Below, one piece after another: positions 29,564 to 40,201 of a DNA stretch of 64,000 nt. The notes under the pieces are model-generated. The model did not search any database and was not told the DNA's origin. It saw only the letters and a list, made by a program, of their open reading frames with translations. A program made the position numbers and the translations under genes. The stretch lies in sequence record DRR723986_4803; one strand, 5' to 3'. How positions within the stretch are numbered: position 1 is the first letter of the stretch; every line of letters starts with the position of its first letter.

Positions 29564-30583
29564 GTGTCGACTCCTGTCTCTCCAGCAATGACTCCAGGTA
29601 TTCGCAAGGCTGCGATCCTGCTGATGAGCCTGGAAGAGGAAGATGCGGCCAAACTGCTTGCAGGTTTGCCACGAAGATACGTTGAGACGGTTTCGATTGC
29701 GATCGCTCAACTGGATACCGTTTCCGGTAGCGAGCAAGAAAACATCATACAGGAGTTCATTCGCAGTCGGCCAAGTGCTATTGGCCCGAACTCGGGCGGT
29801 TTAGACAAAGCGAAGAACCTTGTAAAGAAGGCGCTTGGCAGCGATGCTGGAGACACGTTAAGCGTCTTGCAGCAAACGCTTGAAGCATTGCCATTTGGGT
29901 TCTTACACAAAGCGGATCCCCAGAACATCCTTTCGTTCTTGATCGACGAGCATCCGCAAACAATCGCCATGGTGCTCAGTAACATTCCAGCAGCCGTAGC
30001 TGCGGGAGTGCTTAATGGCTTGGCTGCAGAAAAGCAGCTTGAAGTCATTCAGCGAATTGCTGAAATGGGTCAAACGAGCCCCGATGCCATCGATGAAGTA
30101 GAAAATGCTTTGACGACACGCATGGCGCTATTCATGACTCAAGCTTACCAGAACACTGGCGGTGTGCCTGCAGTTGCCGAAATGTTGAATGTTACAGATC
30201 GGTCTACCGAGCGAACCATTCTGGAAGGACTCGGAAAACAACGGCCTGAACTGGTGGACGAGATTCGCCGCCTGATGTTTGTTTTCGAGGATCTCATCAA
30301 GTTTGGAGACAAGGACATCCAGACCGTTCTCAAGAGTGTCGAGAACAGCCAGTGGGCCATGTCACTCAAAGGTGCCAGCCAGCCGTTGCAGGACAAGATT
30401 CTCGGCAACATGTCCCAGCGAGCTGCAGATATGCTTCGCGAAGAAATGGAGTTCCTCGGCAAAGTCAAACTCAGCGAGGTCGAGGCGATGCAGCAGCAGA
30501 TCGTCGATATCGTTCGAACTCTGGAAGACTCCGGTCAAGTTACCCGCCCTTCCGGCGACCAGGAAGAAGAATTCGTTTCGTAA
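29564..30583 (+). CDS. fliG: Flagellar motor switch protein FliG
   Basis: GIRKAAILLMSL, EHPQTIA, GG motif, MFVFEDL, NMSQRAADML. Confidence 0.96.
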   Translation: MSTPVSPAMTPGIRKAAILLMSLEEEDAAKLLAGLPRRYVETVSIAIAQLDTVSGSEQENIIQEFIRSRPSAIGPNSGGLDKAKNLVKKALGSDAGDTLSVLQQTLEALPFGFLHKADPQNILSFLIDEHPQTIAMVLSNIPAAVAAGVLNGLAAEKQLEVIQRIAEMGQTSPDAIDEVENALTTRMALFMTQAYQNTGGVPAVAEMLNVTDRSTERTILEGLGKQRPELVDEIRRLMFVFEDLIKFGDKDIQTVLKSVENSQWAMSLKGASQPLQDKILGNMSQRAADMLREEMEFLGKVKLSEVEAMQQQIVDIVRTLEDSGQVTRPSGDQEEEFVS

Positions 30584-30634
30584 TAAGTGGTTTTACAGCG
30601 AATTGCAGCAGTGTTCCCTTGGGGATGCTGCACA

Positions 30635-31987
30635 TCAATCGGCGTCGATTGCCTGGGCAATGCTCTCAAAAACGCTGCTCCACTGGCCCATCTTTGTTTG
30701 GCGATGCAGGCGAATCGACGAGTACCACGGCGAATCGTCGCGATCTAATAGCCAGCGCCAATCCGGAACGCTATTCAATGCGACGTGCGTCTTAACACCA
30801 ATCGCACCGGCAACATGAGCGATGGCCGTGTCGCTGGTGACCACTGCATCCATGCATTGCATGATGGCGGCGGTGTCCATGAAAGCGCCATGCTTCTTGT
30901 CCAGCGTGCCTGAGAACGTCGTGATTGGTCGCCCTGTCCATTGGTCCGTTTGTTCTGCGCCGAATCCCGTCTGGAAACTGAACAAGTCAACCTGCTCGAG
31001 CCGGTCCAGCGGCAAGAACTCAGCGAGTGGAACACTTCGGAAGATATCCGCTTGATGGTCTGGATTTCCTTGCCAGGCGATTCCAATCCGCTTCCGTTTC
31101 GTTTCCCCCAACCGTTCACGCCAGTACGAAAGCAATCCATCGTCAGGTGCAAGATAGCCGTCGGCGGTTGGAATTGTGGTCGCGTCAACGTTCAAGACGT
31201 CTGCCACATCCAGCAGTGATGCTTGGTAATCGAATCTTCCCTCCAGTCTTGCGTTGTTGGCATGAACTGGGCCGATTTCCGGTGAAGCCTGCAGTAACGG
31301 AATCAGTGGTGGCTGGCAAAACACGAGTGTGTCCGCGCCTTGCGCTCTTAGCAGTTTGGCGAATCGCACAAAGTTGATGGTGTCGCCCAGTCCCTGCTCA
31401 GCCGTTAGTAGGATTCGTTTACCCGCGAGTTCCTGGCCCGTCCAGACAGGAATTTGATTCGTTGGCCGGTTGAGATCACCGACCTTCCATCGCCACCGGT
31501 ATTCTTCCCAACCGACCTTGAAATCCCCTTGTAGCAGACAGATTACCCCCATGTTCCGGTGCAGTTCCGCTTCATCAGGCTTGATCTTAAGGGCTTGTCG
31601 GTAATATTCGGCCCCTCTGTCCAGGGAGCCTGTCCACACGTGTAGGGTTCCGCGGTTCTTGTAGGCATTCAGGTAGTCAGGCGTCAGCTTGAGCGCTTTT
31701 TCGAAGCAGGAGTCGGCGCGTTCAATGTCACCGGTGTATCGAAGGGTGTTTCCCAGATTGTTGAGCGCGACGGGAAAATTGGGCTGAAGCTTGAGGGCCT
31801 GCTCGTAAACCTGGACGGCTTCCTGAAATCGCTTCTGATCGTGCAGTGCAATTCCCAGGTAACACCAACCTGCCGCCGAGCGACCATCCGTGCTTAGCGC
31901 TTGTCGATAGAGACGCTCGGCTGTGACGAAGTCTCGAGACTGGTGGATTTGCCAACCGCGTTTCAAGAGTTGTTCAGGTGTTTCCAT
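30635..31987 (-). CDS. TPR-containing glycosyltransferase (GT9-like C-terminus)
   Basis: N-terminal TPRs; GWEEYRWR, EQGLGDTINFVRF, IGIAWQG, DTAIAHVAGAIG, DWRW...SPWY. Confidence 0.88.
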   Translation of the reverse strand: METPEQLLKRGWQIHQSRDFVTAERLYRQALSTDGRSAAGWCYLGIALHDQKRFQEAVQVYEQALKLQPNFPVALNNLGNTLRYTGDIERADSCFEKALKLTPDYLNAYKNRGTLHVWTGSLDRGAEYYRQALKIKPDEAELHRNMGVICLLQGDFKVGWEEYRWRWKVGDLNRPTNQIPVWTGQELAGKRILLTAEQGLGDTINFVRFAKLLRAQGADTLVFCQPPLIPLLQASPEIGPVHANNARLEGRFDYQASLLDVADVLNVDATTIPTADGYLAPDDGLLSYWRERLGETKRKRIGIAWQGNPDHQADIFRSVPLAEFLPLDRLEQVDLFSFQTGFGAEQTDQWTGRPITTFSGTLDKKHGAFMDTAAIMQCMDAVVTSDTAIAHVAGAIGVKTHVALNSVPDWRWLLDRDDSPWYSSIRLHRQTKMGQWSSVFESIAQAIDAD

Positions 31988-32108
31988 AAGGAGTCAGCCA
32001 GTGAGGCTGGAATCGAGAAGGGTTACTTGGTGGAGGTAACGCGTTGGACAGCCGAGTCAGCTAAGCATCAATGGAAACGCGAAAAGCAGAACAGCGGCAA
32101 CTGAAATG

Positions 32109-32147
32109 AAAAAGCCCCAAGTCAATCATTGTGGTTGACTTGGGGCT
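32109..32147 (-). terminator. Rho-independent terminator of the sigma factor gene
   Basis: 13-bp perfect stem AGCCCCAAGTCAA/TTGACTTGGGGCT (32113-32147) followed by a T run on the minus strand. Confidence 0.88.
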
Positions 32148-32196
32148 GTAGTTTGTCAGTCGAAAGTGACTGCCGACTGAATTGCTCAGCAAGGAC

Positions 32197-33774
32197 TTAG
32201 TCGAGGAAGCCAACGAGATCTTGGCTGCGGCTAGGCTGCTGAAGTTTCCGAACGGCTTTCGCTTCAATTTGTCGAATACGCTCACGCGTGACTTTGAAGA
32301 TATGTCCCACTTCTTCAAGCGTGTAGCTGTAGCCATCACCGAGCCCATAACGAAGCTTGATGATTTCACGCTCTCGGTAGCTGAGAGTCTTCAAGACGTG
32401 CGTGATGCGGTCCCGAAGCATTTCTTGACCGGCCCCAATTGCAGGGCTTTCGGCCGTCCCATCGGGGAGAAGATCGCCGAACTGGCTGTCCTCACTGTTT
32501 CCGACTGGACGGTCAAGACTGATCGGATAGCGGCTCATCGCAAGGACTCGGCGAGCTTCTTCGATCGTCGTTTCGGCCCTTCGAGCGGTTTCCTCCAGGG
32601 TTGGTTCGCGACCAAGCTCCTGTAGCAACTGCCGAGAAACGTTTCGAACTCGGGACATGGTTTCAACCATGTGAACCGGGATTCGGATCGTTCGGCTTTG
32701 ATCGGCAACGGCACGTGTAATGGCCTGGCGAATCCACCAGGTTGCGTACGTGCAGAATTTGAATCCGCGTCGATACTCGAACTTATCAACCGCACGCATC
32801 AGGCCAGCATTTCCCTCTTGGATCAAATCCAAGAAGCTCAGGCCACGATTGCGATACTTCTTCGCGATCGAAACAACCAAACGAAGGTTACCCTCGGAGA
32901 GTTCTTTCTTCGCTTTCTGGTAATCGTTGAAGACTCGGCGGACCATGTCAACGCGATTTCGCAGGCTCGTCGGAGTCTCTTGAGCAGCAATGAGCAGCTC
33001 ACGATACTCTTTGAGAAGTTCATCACGCTGCGCGGCAGAAGCGTAGTCTCCTTCCAGGCGATCAATCTCGCCACGAAGTTCGTCGATTCGGCGACTAAAC
33101 TTCATCAGGTCTACGATTCTGGGTTCAAGTCGCTGTGTACGCAGTCCAAGTTCCTCGACCAAGCGAACAGCCTTGCGGCGTCGGCGGGCAAGTTCAGACC
33201 AGGCTTCACGGCGTTTTTCAACGGGCTCAGATCGGCTAAGTGCGATTCGGTAATCTCTTGCATTTCGGCGCAAGAGTACGTCGAGCGTTTTGAGGTTGTG
33301 AGGCAGTCGACCGAGGATCTGTTCTTTTTCCAAGCGATCCGTGACGGAAACTTGGACAGTTCGGTCAAACGGCAATTCGCCCGTGTGGACCCTCTTCAGG
33401 ATCTTATAGGCGTACTGCATCACATAGTCACACTCGAGGAGCTTTGTCCGGAAACGACGGCGCGTTACTTCAATAGCTTTCGCAAGGCGAATCTCTTCAT
33501 CTCGGGTGAGGAGAGGGATTTCGCCCATTTGCGTCAAATACATGCGCACGGGATCGTCGGACCAAGTTTCCGCTTCTTCTTCAGCGGCAGCAAGCAGCTC
33601 CTCGTCACTTTCAAGCTGAACTTCACCCTCGGCAGCAAGACCGTCGTCTTCAGGAGCAGCAGTCGTTGAAGAAGAATCATCTTCCTCAATTGGCAACTTC
33701 TGAAAAGTCTCTATGTCTTCGTGCGCCGCACGCGGGGTGTCGTCGTCGAATTCGTCCAGCAATACATCGAACAA
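32197..33774 (-). CDS. rpoD: RNA polymerase sigma-70 factor, RpoD/SigA type
   Basis: Region 1.2 DPVRMYL, region 2 [29 protein letters not shown], region 4 [13 protein letters not shown] start follows AGGAG. It could be one of several group-1/2 paralogs. Confidence 0.88.
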   Translation of the reverse strand: MFDVLLDEFDDDTPRAAHEDIETFQKLPIEEDDSSSTTAAPEDDGLAAEGEVQLESDEELLAAAEEEAETWSDDPVRMYLTQMGEIPLLTRDEEIRLAKAIEVTRRRFRTKLLECDYVMQYAYKILKRVHTGELPFDRTVQVSVTDRLEKEQILGRLPHNLKTLDVLLRRNARDYRIALSRSEPVEKRREAWSELARRRRKAVRLVEELGLRTQRLEPRIVDLMKFSRRIDELRGEIDRLEGDYASAAQRDELLKEYRELLIAAQETPTSLRNRVDMVRRVFNDYQKAKKELSEGNLRLVVSIAKKYRNRGLSFLDLIQEGNAGLMRAVDKFEYRRGFKFCTYATWWIRQAITRAVADQSRTIRIPVHMVETMSRVRNVSRQLLQELGREPTLEETARRAETTIEEARRVLAMSRYPISLDRPVGNSEDSQFGDLLPDGTAESPAIGAGQEMLRDRITHVLKTLSYREREIIKLRYGLGDGYSYTLEEVGHIFKVTRERIRQIEAKAVRKLQQPSRSQDLVGFLD

Positions 33775-34659
33775 GGCGATACTCCTAATGTTGCCAAAAT
33801 GACAAAGTTGCTTTGTCGAGTAGGCGTTCTATCAGCGGGAGATTAGAGCGTGTCTTGCCTTGGCAAAATTATCTTCAGCCAATGGAGTTCACCCCAAAGT
33901 CTACCACCTGACTGACGGTTAACCGCCAAGCCTACGGCAAATTGTAAAAGGTTGCGATTAGGCAAAGTTGACCAGCATCCAAATGCCCGATGAATTCCGC
34001 ACTGATGTAAAAGCAGGCTGAAAAAATCAATAGCGATGCGCGGAACAAGCTAAGGCACGCACGGACAACCGGTCTCCTCCGTTGAAGGCTTGTACAATTC
34101 GTCTCTGCGGCAAATCATTGGATGCTCTGCAGTAGCGCGATCTTGCACTCAGTTTTCAACGTAAACCTCTAGACTTGGACCAATTCACTTCGGCGACATC
34201 GACTATCGCGAATAGCCGTGGAGCGCCAATGATTGGTCTCGGCCGCCAGTATTTCGCTGGCGAGGACGGTTAGCAGAACCTAACCTTGGAACGAAGCCAT
34301 ATAGTGAGAAATCACCCCACGGTCACTTTCGGACCGTGCATGCCCTGGCTTGCTTTTTCCATTTACCCCGTGTTCACTGTTTTTGTTTTCGGGTTGAGAC
34401 CAGCTCTAAAGAACGGCTCAGCCACTTTGAACGTAAACAGAAACTACCGACCCAAGCCGCTTGACTCCTTCCACGCGGAGAGGCACAGAATACGAGTTGA
34501 TTCCCCCCCGCATGTCTGTTCACACAATTTTAACTCGACAGACCTTCGGGTCCAGGGTCGATTTTCAGCAAGTGCAATTTACATGAGGCCCACTGGGACT
34601 CATGCTAACAAGTACGAAATTCACCATTCAGCCCAGACTGCCTAGACCTTCACGTTGCC

Positions 34660-35229
34660 ATGCAATACCTACTTAAATGTGCCAGTTGTCAGGCTCAGCA
34701 CACTGTAACCGCTTCCCAGTCTGGTTCGAGCTTCACTTGCAGTTGCGGAGCAGAAGTAGCTGTTCCCACCCTTCGGGGGCTCCGAGAACTCCCCATTGCT
34801 GGCGATAAGCCGTCAGAAATCGAAATCAGCGATGCGAAGAAGAGCGTTTGGCTAGGTTGGCGCGGCCCAGCGATTGCATTGGCCGCGACCGGTTGCGTGA
34901 TTGCAGGCGCCTACGCATGCTGGTTCTTGCTGCAACTTCAGTTGATTGATACCTCGCATACAACCGAGCGAGAAATTGCTGCGAGCTTCGAGCTGTTCGA
35001 TCTTATGACGCCCGAGGATCTCAGTGAGGTTTGGGCAAGCCATGCAAGTGTTGGCTTACGCGAGCAGAGTGTGCCGGAATTCGAAATTCTTCGGCGGTAT
35101 GCTCTTGCCAGAAAATATCTAGCTCTGATCAACGGAAGCATCGCGGCGGTTTGTGCTTTGATCGCAGCCGGAATCTGGCTTTCCGCGTCTCGCGCCAAGA
35201 AACGCCTCGCCAAAACGGTCGCAGGTTAA
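34660..35229 (+). CDS. Hypothetical membrane protein with N-terminal zinc ribbon
   Basis: CASC...CSCG...VPTLRGLREL; two TM segments. Confidence 0.72.
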   Translation: MQYLLKCASCQAQHTVTASQSGSSFTCSCGAEVAVPTLRGLRELPIAGDKPSEIEISDAKKSVWLGWRGPAIALAATGCVIAGAYACWFLLQLQLIDTSHTTEREIAASFELFDLMTPEDLSEVWASHASVGLREQSVPEFEILRRYALARKYLALINGSIAAVCALIAAGIWLSASRAKKRLAKTVAG

Positions 35230-35253
35230 TTGCGTCGCCCGTAGTAAGGACGG

Positions 35254-36036
35254 CTACCGATTTCGGAGGATGACAACGATATCTTCCGTTTCGGCATCCA
35301 TTTCCGCTGGCTTGTCGACGTCGTACCGGAAGTCGAAGAACTCCAACGTCTCCCACGCAGGCACAGATTGGAGCAATGATTTGAACTGCTTGAGCGTGTA
35401 CGACCGCAACTGTAGGACATCGCTGATTCGGAACGACTCGGTTGGCTTGTAAACATCGAAGCGAATTCCGAATCGCTCCAGACGCTTGCGTTTGTTCTTC
35501 TCTATCGGCCACATGTAGGTGTTGATCTGGAGTTGGCCGCGTCGGGCCGTCCAGCCTTCTTCATCAGTGGCGATGCCTTCTGTCGGTGTTAGATGAAGCC
35601 CGAGAATGTAAATTCCCCCAGGGCGAACACAGCGGGACATGCACTCTAGATGCGCGACGGCAGATTTCTCGTCCTGCAGATGCCGGAAACTATTGATCGT
35701 ATTGAAGGCCGCGTCGTAGGGCTTGGAGACTGAAAAGTCGGACATGTCACCGACCTCCGCCCTGCCCTTCAGTCCGAAACGTTCCAGGCGAGCGTTGCAG
35801 AACTCGATCGCTTTTTCGTTGAGGTCATTCCCGCCGACTGTGTAACCCTTCTTACCGAAGCGGTAGATCAGCCGACCAGTGCCGCAGGCTGGCTCGAAGA
35901 GCCGTTTTGTCTTGCCGCCTGCCACGAAACGAGTGCAACAATCTGACACAAATCGCATCTCGGCAGCGGTATCGCTTCCGAAGACGAGATCGTAGTATGA
36001 CGGAAAATCGTAAATGCTAGCTGTTGTGGTTTCCAT
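35254..36036 (-). CDS. Class I SAM-dependent methyltransferase
   Basis: FEPACGTGRL motif I, GDMSDF, RPGGIYI. Confidence 0.92.
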   Translation of the reverse strand: METTTASIYDFPSYYDLVFGSDTAAEMRFVSDCCTRFVAGGKTKRLFEPACGTGRLIYRFGKKGYTVGGNDLNEKAIEFCNARLERFGLKGRAEVGDMSDFSVSKPYDAAFNTINSFRHLQDEKSAVAHLECMSRCVRPGGIYILGLHLTPTEGIATDEEGWTARRGQLQINTYMWPIEKNKRKRLERFGIRFDVYKPTESFRISDVLQLRSYTLKQFKSLLQSVPAWETLEFFDFRYDVDKPAEMDAETEDIVVILRNR

Positions 36037-36109
36037 AGCTGAGCATGTTCCAGCAGTGGCAATGTGGCGTCAAGTAGACGCTGCGATTCAATCGAAGGAT
36101 AATGACAAC

Positions 36110-36661
36110 ATGGAGTCTTTTGCAACAAGTAGCATCGACAGTCTGAGCGATGAACAAGTTCTCAGAACTCGCGACACGGTACTAGAGCAGGTTGGCTGGG
36201 CGCGCCGCTATACCCTCCAACTGCTTGAAAGTGTGCCACACGAAAAGTGGTACGAAACCCCGCCGCAACACCACTCCAATATTGCTTGGCAGGTTGGACA
36301 CTTGGCTGTCTCGCAGTATGGCTTGATGTTGTTTCGGCAATTTGGGCGGCAACCGGGCGACTTGGAGCTGATGCCGGGCTGGCTCCGCAAGAAGTTCGGC
36401 CGCGGCACAACCCCTGCTACTTCGGCCGACGGCATGCCCACACCAGCCGAGTTGCTGGAAAGCCTAGAGCGGATTCATCAGGCAGCACACGAAAAGGTCA
36501 CGGAACTGACGGCGACTCTTTTGCGCGAATCAACGGACATGCCGTACACGACATATCCGAACAAGCTGGGAGCATACATGTTCTGCCCCATTCACGAATC
36601 TCTTCATGCTGGGCAAATCGGGATACTTCGCCGAGGCCTCGGGCTTGATCCGATTAGGTAG
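36110..36661 (+). CDS. DinB/YfiT family protein
   Basis: NIAWQVGHL and HESLHAGQI His triad; start placed at ATG 36110. Confidence 0.88.
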   Translation: MESFATSSIDSLSDEQVLRTRDTVLEQVGWARRYTLQLLESVPHEKWYETPPQHHSNIAWQVGHLAVSQYGLMLFRQFGRQPGDLELMPGWLRKKFGRGTTPATSADGMPTPAELLESLERIHQAAHEKVTELTATLLRESTDMPYTTYPNKLGAYMFCPIHESLHAGQIGILRRGLGLDPIR

Positions 36662-36830
36662 TGAATTGTCCCCGTTCGCGGTCAGAAGCTTGCCGTTCGG
36701 GGCTAGGCGAATCTCGGTACAATGCGAGACTATTGTGCCGTCAAGATTTCTGATCGGCCAACGAATGGAACAGAAGTAGCTGATCTCTTTAGCGCCTAGT
36801 CATGAATCAATTGAAAAGGATAGAACCCAA

Positions 36831-37088
36831 GTGTTGAGCAAACTCAAAATAGGCACGTTGGCGGTTCTTGTGGTCCTTGCCTTAATCATCATGTTCCAGA
36901 ACTGGAGCAGCATCGAAGTGAGGTTGCTGTTCGTGAAAGTCGAAATGCCTCAAGCGGTCTTCTTCTTGGGGACGCTGGTTCTGGGATTTGTCATTGGTTT
37001 GACGACCAGTGCGATTTGGAAGATGCAATCACTGCGGGCAAAGAGCAAGAAAAACGCGGCGGTAAAAAGCGGCGAAACAACAGCGTGA
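36831..37088 (+). CDS. LapA (DUF1049)-family small membrane protein
   Basis: TM-FQN-beta segment-MP-TM-basic tail pattern. Confidence 0.8.
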   Translation: MLSKLKIGTLAVLVVLALIIMFQNWSSIEVRLLFVKVEMPQAVFFLGTLVLGFVIGLTTSAIWKMQSLRAKSKKNAAVKSGETTA

Positions 37089-37149
37089 TCGGCCAAGGTA
37101 GCCCAATATCTGCTGAAATATGAAACCGATGGCAAGAGGGAGGCCTGGT

Positions 37150-38130
37150 GTGGATTTTGTTGCAATCGACTTCGAAACGGCCAATCACTCTGCCAGTAGC
37201 GCTTGTCAATTGGCCGCCGTGCGTTGCCAAGGCGGGCGGTTGGTCGATGAAAAGTCCTGGTTGATCAAGCCCAAGCAACGTTACTTCGCTCCGCAGAACA
37301 TTTCGATCCACGGTATTCGCCCTGAACACGTGCGAACAGCCCCGACCATGCAGGCCATTTGGCCTGAATTGCAAGAGTGGTTGAGCGGTTCTGTCGTGAT
37401 CGCTCACAACGCTCGGTTCGACATCGGCGTGCTCTGGGCCAGTCTCGAAGCCTGGAGCATTCGATGCAATGATCTGCAATTCCACTGTACCAGGTTGCTT
37501 GCGAAACACGCTTGGCCGGGTCGGGCTCGTTATGGCCTCAAGCCGCTTGGAAACTGGCTGGGAATTCACTTCAAGCACCACGATGCACTCGAGGATGCTC
37601 GATGCTGTGCGGAGATTGCTCTCCATGTGGCCAGGCAGTCCGGGCACCACACGCTTGAAGAACTCGAAGATGCCTTTGAAATGAAACCCGGCCAGCTCAA
37701 AGCCGGGAAAGTAACTAGTCCCAAGTCGCGGAAGTCCTCTGGCGGCCCGAGCGGCGTGCGTATTGCCGACCGTTTCGGTATGCCTCGGCAGCAGACAAGG
37801 AATGCAAAACGCTTGGATTCAACGACGATTCTCACCGCCAGTGACCGGTCGAATCTCCCTTTGTCCGGCAAGCACATCATTCTGCTAGGTGAGATTGGCG
37901 GCATGAGCCGTGAAGAATCGATCGCCTTGGTCGAAACACTGGGCGGGACTCTAGAGGAATCAATCAGCTCAGAAACCGACTACGTGGTTGCATGCAGTGT
38001 TCCGCTTGGTGAAGCAAAGGACCTGCTGGCATCGGTCGTCGGTGAACTTGGAAATGCAAAAGCGAGAGTCCTCAGCCAGCGGCAGTTTCGAGCTCTTTTG
38101 CCGGCGGGAAAAACCGCTACAAATTGGTAA
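37150..38130 (+). CDS. DEDDh 3'-5' exonuclease (Pol III epsilon-like) with C-terminal BRCT-like domain
   Basis: DFETAN, AHNARFD, HHDALEDA; LSGKHIILLG...SREESIALVETLGG...TDYVV. GTG 37150 follows GGGAGG. Confidence 0.88.
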   Translation: MDFVAIDFETANHSASSACQLAAVRCQGGRLVDEKSWLIKPKQRYFAPQNISIHGIRPEHVRTAPTMQAIWPELQEWLSGSVVIAHNARFDIGVLWASLEAWSIRCNDLQFHCTRLLAKHAWPGRARYGLKPLGNWLGIHFKHHDALEDARCCAEIALHVARQSGHHTLEELEDAFEMKPGQLKAGKVTSPKSRKSSGGPSGVRIADRFGMPRQQTRNAKRLDSTTILTASDRSNLPLSGKHIILLGEIGGMSREESIALVETLGGTLEESISSETDYVVACSVPLGEAKDLLASVVGELGNAKARVLSQRQFRALLPAGKTATNW

Positions 38131-38194
38131 GGATGCCAGTTCGTTAGCGTCCACCCTTTTTCGAACACTAACTCCATCAACATAAGAGACAATC

Positions 38195-38719
38195 GTGGGA
38201 AGCACTGGAAAGATAATTGCTACAGCAGCAACGATGGGCCTGAACTATGCAGAGCGACTGTTGAACGACATTCCCGAAGACCGGTTTGCTCGATCTGCGG
38301 CTCCGGGTGGTGGAATCATTGAAGCCAATCACCCTGCCTTCATCATCGGGCACCTAAGCCTCTATCCAGACAAGGTTGCCGAGCACTTGGGCGCATCTCG
38401 CGACGCGACGCGACCGTCGTCGGCCTTCGAGGAGGTATTCTCGAAGACGGCGAAGTGTAAAGACGATGCCAGTGGAGAGCTCTATCCATCGAAGAGTGAA
38501 ATCTGCGACTTCTTTCGGCAAGCCTATCCCGCGGCCATTGAAGCGCTGCACGCAGCCAGCGACGAGACGCTCGCGGCGGCCAATCCGGTTGATTCACCAA
38601 TGGCAAAGACGCTCGACACGCTGGGTGGAATGCTGAACTTCTACATGACCAGCCACGTGATGGTGCATTTGGGCCAGCTAAGCACATGGCGGCGAATGGA
38701 AGGGCTTCCGCCAGCTTAG
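38195..38719 (+). CDS. DinB/YfiT family protein
   Basis: NHPAFIIGHL and HVMVHLGQLSTWRR. Confidence 0.85.
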   Translation: MGSTGKIIATAATMGLNYAERLLNDIPEDRFARSAAPGGGIIEANHPAFIIGHLSLYPDKVAEHLGASRDATRPSSAFEEVFSKTAKCKDDASGELYPSKSEICDFFRQAYPAAIEALHAASDETLAAANPVDSPMAKTLDTLGGMLNFYMTSHVMVHLGQLSTWRRMEGLPPA

Positions 38720-38742
38720 CAATTGCCTGCGTCGAATGCCGT

Positions 38743-39054
38743 TCAGGACACGTGCTTTGAAGTCAGAATCAAGTTCGACCGCCAAGCATCGTCGGTGATC
38801 TCATCCAGAGTCGCCCAGTCACACTGGTCGCCGTAAAGGTCGGCTTTGCAGATTGGACAGGTTGGAGAATCGGAGTCTGCATAGATTCGCTCTTCGGATT
38901 CCGTGCTTGGCTCCGTCCAAATCGCGTCGCATTCGTCGCACAGTGCAAAGAAATGCGTCGTTCCATCGCCAGTGCATCTGCGAACGCGACACATGCCGCT
39001 TTCGCATACTGGGCAGATCCCAATGTGAATCCAACTATCTATAGGTTGGGGCAT
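38743..39054 (-). CDS. Small acidic Cys-rich (zinc-ribbon-like) hypothetical protein
   Basis: CPVC, CDEC, CPIC; GGAG Shine-Dalgarno; starts 23 bp after the upstream stop. Confidence 0.72.
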   Translation of the reverse strand: MPQPIDSWIHIGICPVCESGMCRVRRCTGDGTTHFFALCDECDAIWTEPSTESEERIYADSDSPTCPICKADLYGDQCDWATLDEITDDAWRSNLILTSKHVS

Positions 39055-39077
39055 CGTTGTATCTCCGGCGGTGTGTT

Positions 39078-39884
39078 CTAGCGAATCGGGTACGCAGTAA
39101 TGATCTTGGATTTTTCCATGATCATTCGAACCGTCTGGCTCTTCGGTTTTCCGGAACGCGCGCCATCGCGCCCTCCGACGTATCCAATCGTTTTTCCAAG
39201 CCGGACGTCGTAGCGTGTGCGTGAACCCTGGTCGACCGTTTTGACGTTCCTTGCCTTAGACTTGACTGCCTCGTAAGCTTCGTCGAGCCAAACAACTACT
39301 TTCGACATATCGCCATCAAAAACACCGTGGATGGGCCTGGCGGGATCGTCTTTGGTGTGCTTCGCGATATGGTCCAGGCGGTGCCTATCGGGACCAGAGT
39401 ACGGCGTGTAGAGGATGCCGGCGGGTGACATGTACGCGCCCCGCCCAGCGTCCTTCAGCAAACCATATTTGAGATTCTCCCCGGATCGGGAATCGTTCCC
39501 AGACGCCTTGCTGCTCGACTGCTGCGTCGAGCCACCTTGAGATCGCGCCGGACTGTCTTGCGATTTGGAATCGCCAGCCGACCTCCTGTCGCCGGAGGAT
39601 GCACCTTGATTGATCGAGGAGGAATCGGATGATTGGTCGTTCGAAGGATTCCTGCGGTTTTGCGTTGCCAGATCCGCATTGGCACGATCCTTGGCCTCAG
39701 CCGTTTCCGCCGGGATCTGTTCCTGCGCTTGGTCAGGAGACAGGATGGATGCAACCGAAGGAAGCTTGAGCCCCAACCGTTTGTTAAGCGTCGGCTGTAA
39801 GAATCCGTATAAGACCAAACCGACGACGAGTGCAATTAGCCACTTCGTGGGCAGTCTAGCAGCCCCATTCTTGGGTGAATTCAA
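39078..39884 (-). CDS. Membrane-anchored hypothetical protein with toxin/nuclease-like C-terminal domain
   Basis: N-terminal TM helix, S/Q/D-rich linker, C-terminal HRLDHIAKH...HGVF...IITAYP. Confidence 0.7.
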   Translation of the reverse strand: MNSPKNGAARLPTKWLIALVVGLVLYGFLQPTLNKRLGLKLPSVASILSPDQAQEQIPAETAEAKDRANADLATQNRRNPSNDQSSDSSSINQGASSGDRRSAGDSKSQDSPARSQGGSTQQSSSKASGNDSRSGENLKYGLLKDAGRGAYMSPAGILYTPYSGPDRHRLDHIAKHTKDDPARPIHGVFDGDMSKVVVWLDEAYEAVKSKARNVKTVDQGSRTRYDVRLGKTIGYVGGRDGARSGKPKSQTVRMIMEKSKIITAYPIR

Positions 39885-40201
39885 TGGTGAGCCCTTTCAA
39901 CATCATGAATGCAAACCACGCAGCCCATTCGGCGGCGAGGCCGCATTGTACATCGAGAAAGTTGGTAGCGCATCAGGGACTAGTGCAGAGTCAGCAAATC
40001 AGAAGTCGGAACCTGAATCCGGAGAGTGCTTCCCATTCACCCGGTGAAGCGTGGGCGTGGCACGCTGTGAAACTAAGCCTCGCGAACCAATAGTCACAGG
40101 ATAGATGGAGTTGCACCTGGAATCACGCACCATTATGCGTCAGCCTAGACGCTGCTCGTGCTGGGCTGCTCGCCGAACAACCCGGCACAACAGTTTTCGG
40201 A

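Noticed and set aside
32182-33669. Long plus-strand ORFs (147 and 332 aa) opposite the sigma factor gene
   Set aside because: Antisense shadows of a conserved, codon-biased gene, with no recognisable motifs
34286-34645. 119-aa TTG-start ORF in the long intergenic region
   Set aside because: No clear Shine-Dalgarno, atypical composition and no motifs; not supported as a gene
19161-38719. PIG-L deacetylase, two DinB proteins and the GT4 as a bacillithiol/mycothiol-like pathway
   Set aside because: The genes are scattered and the families are large; there is no ligase and no specific BshA/MshA evidence
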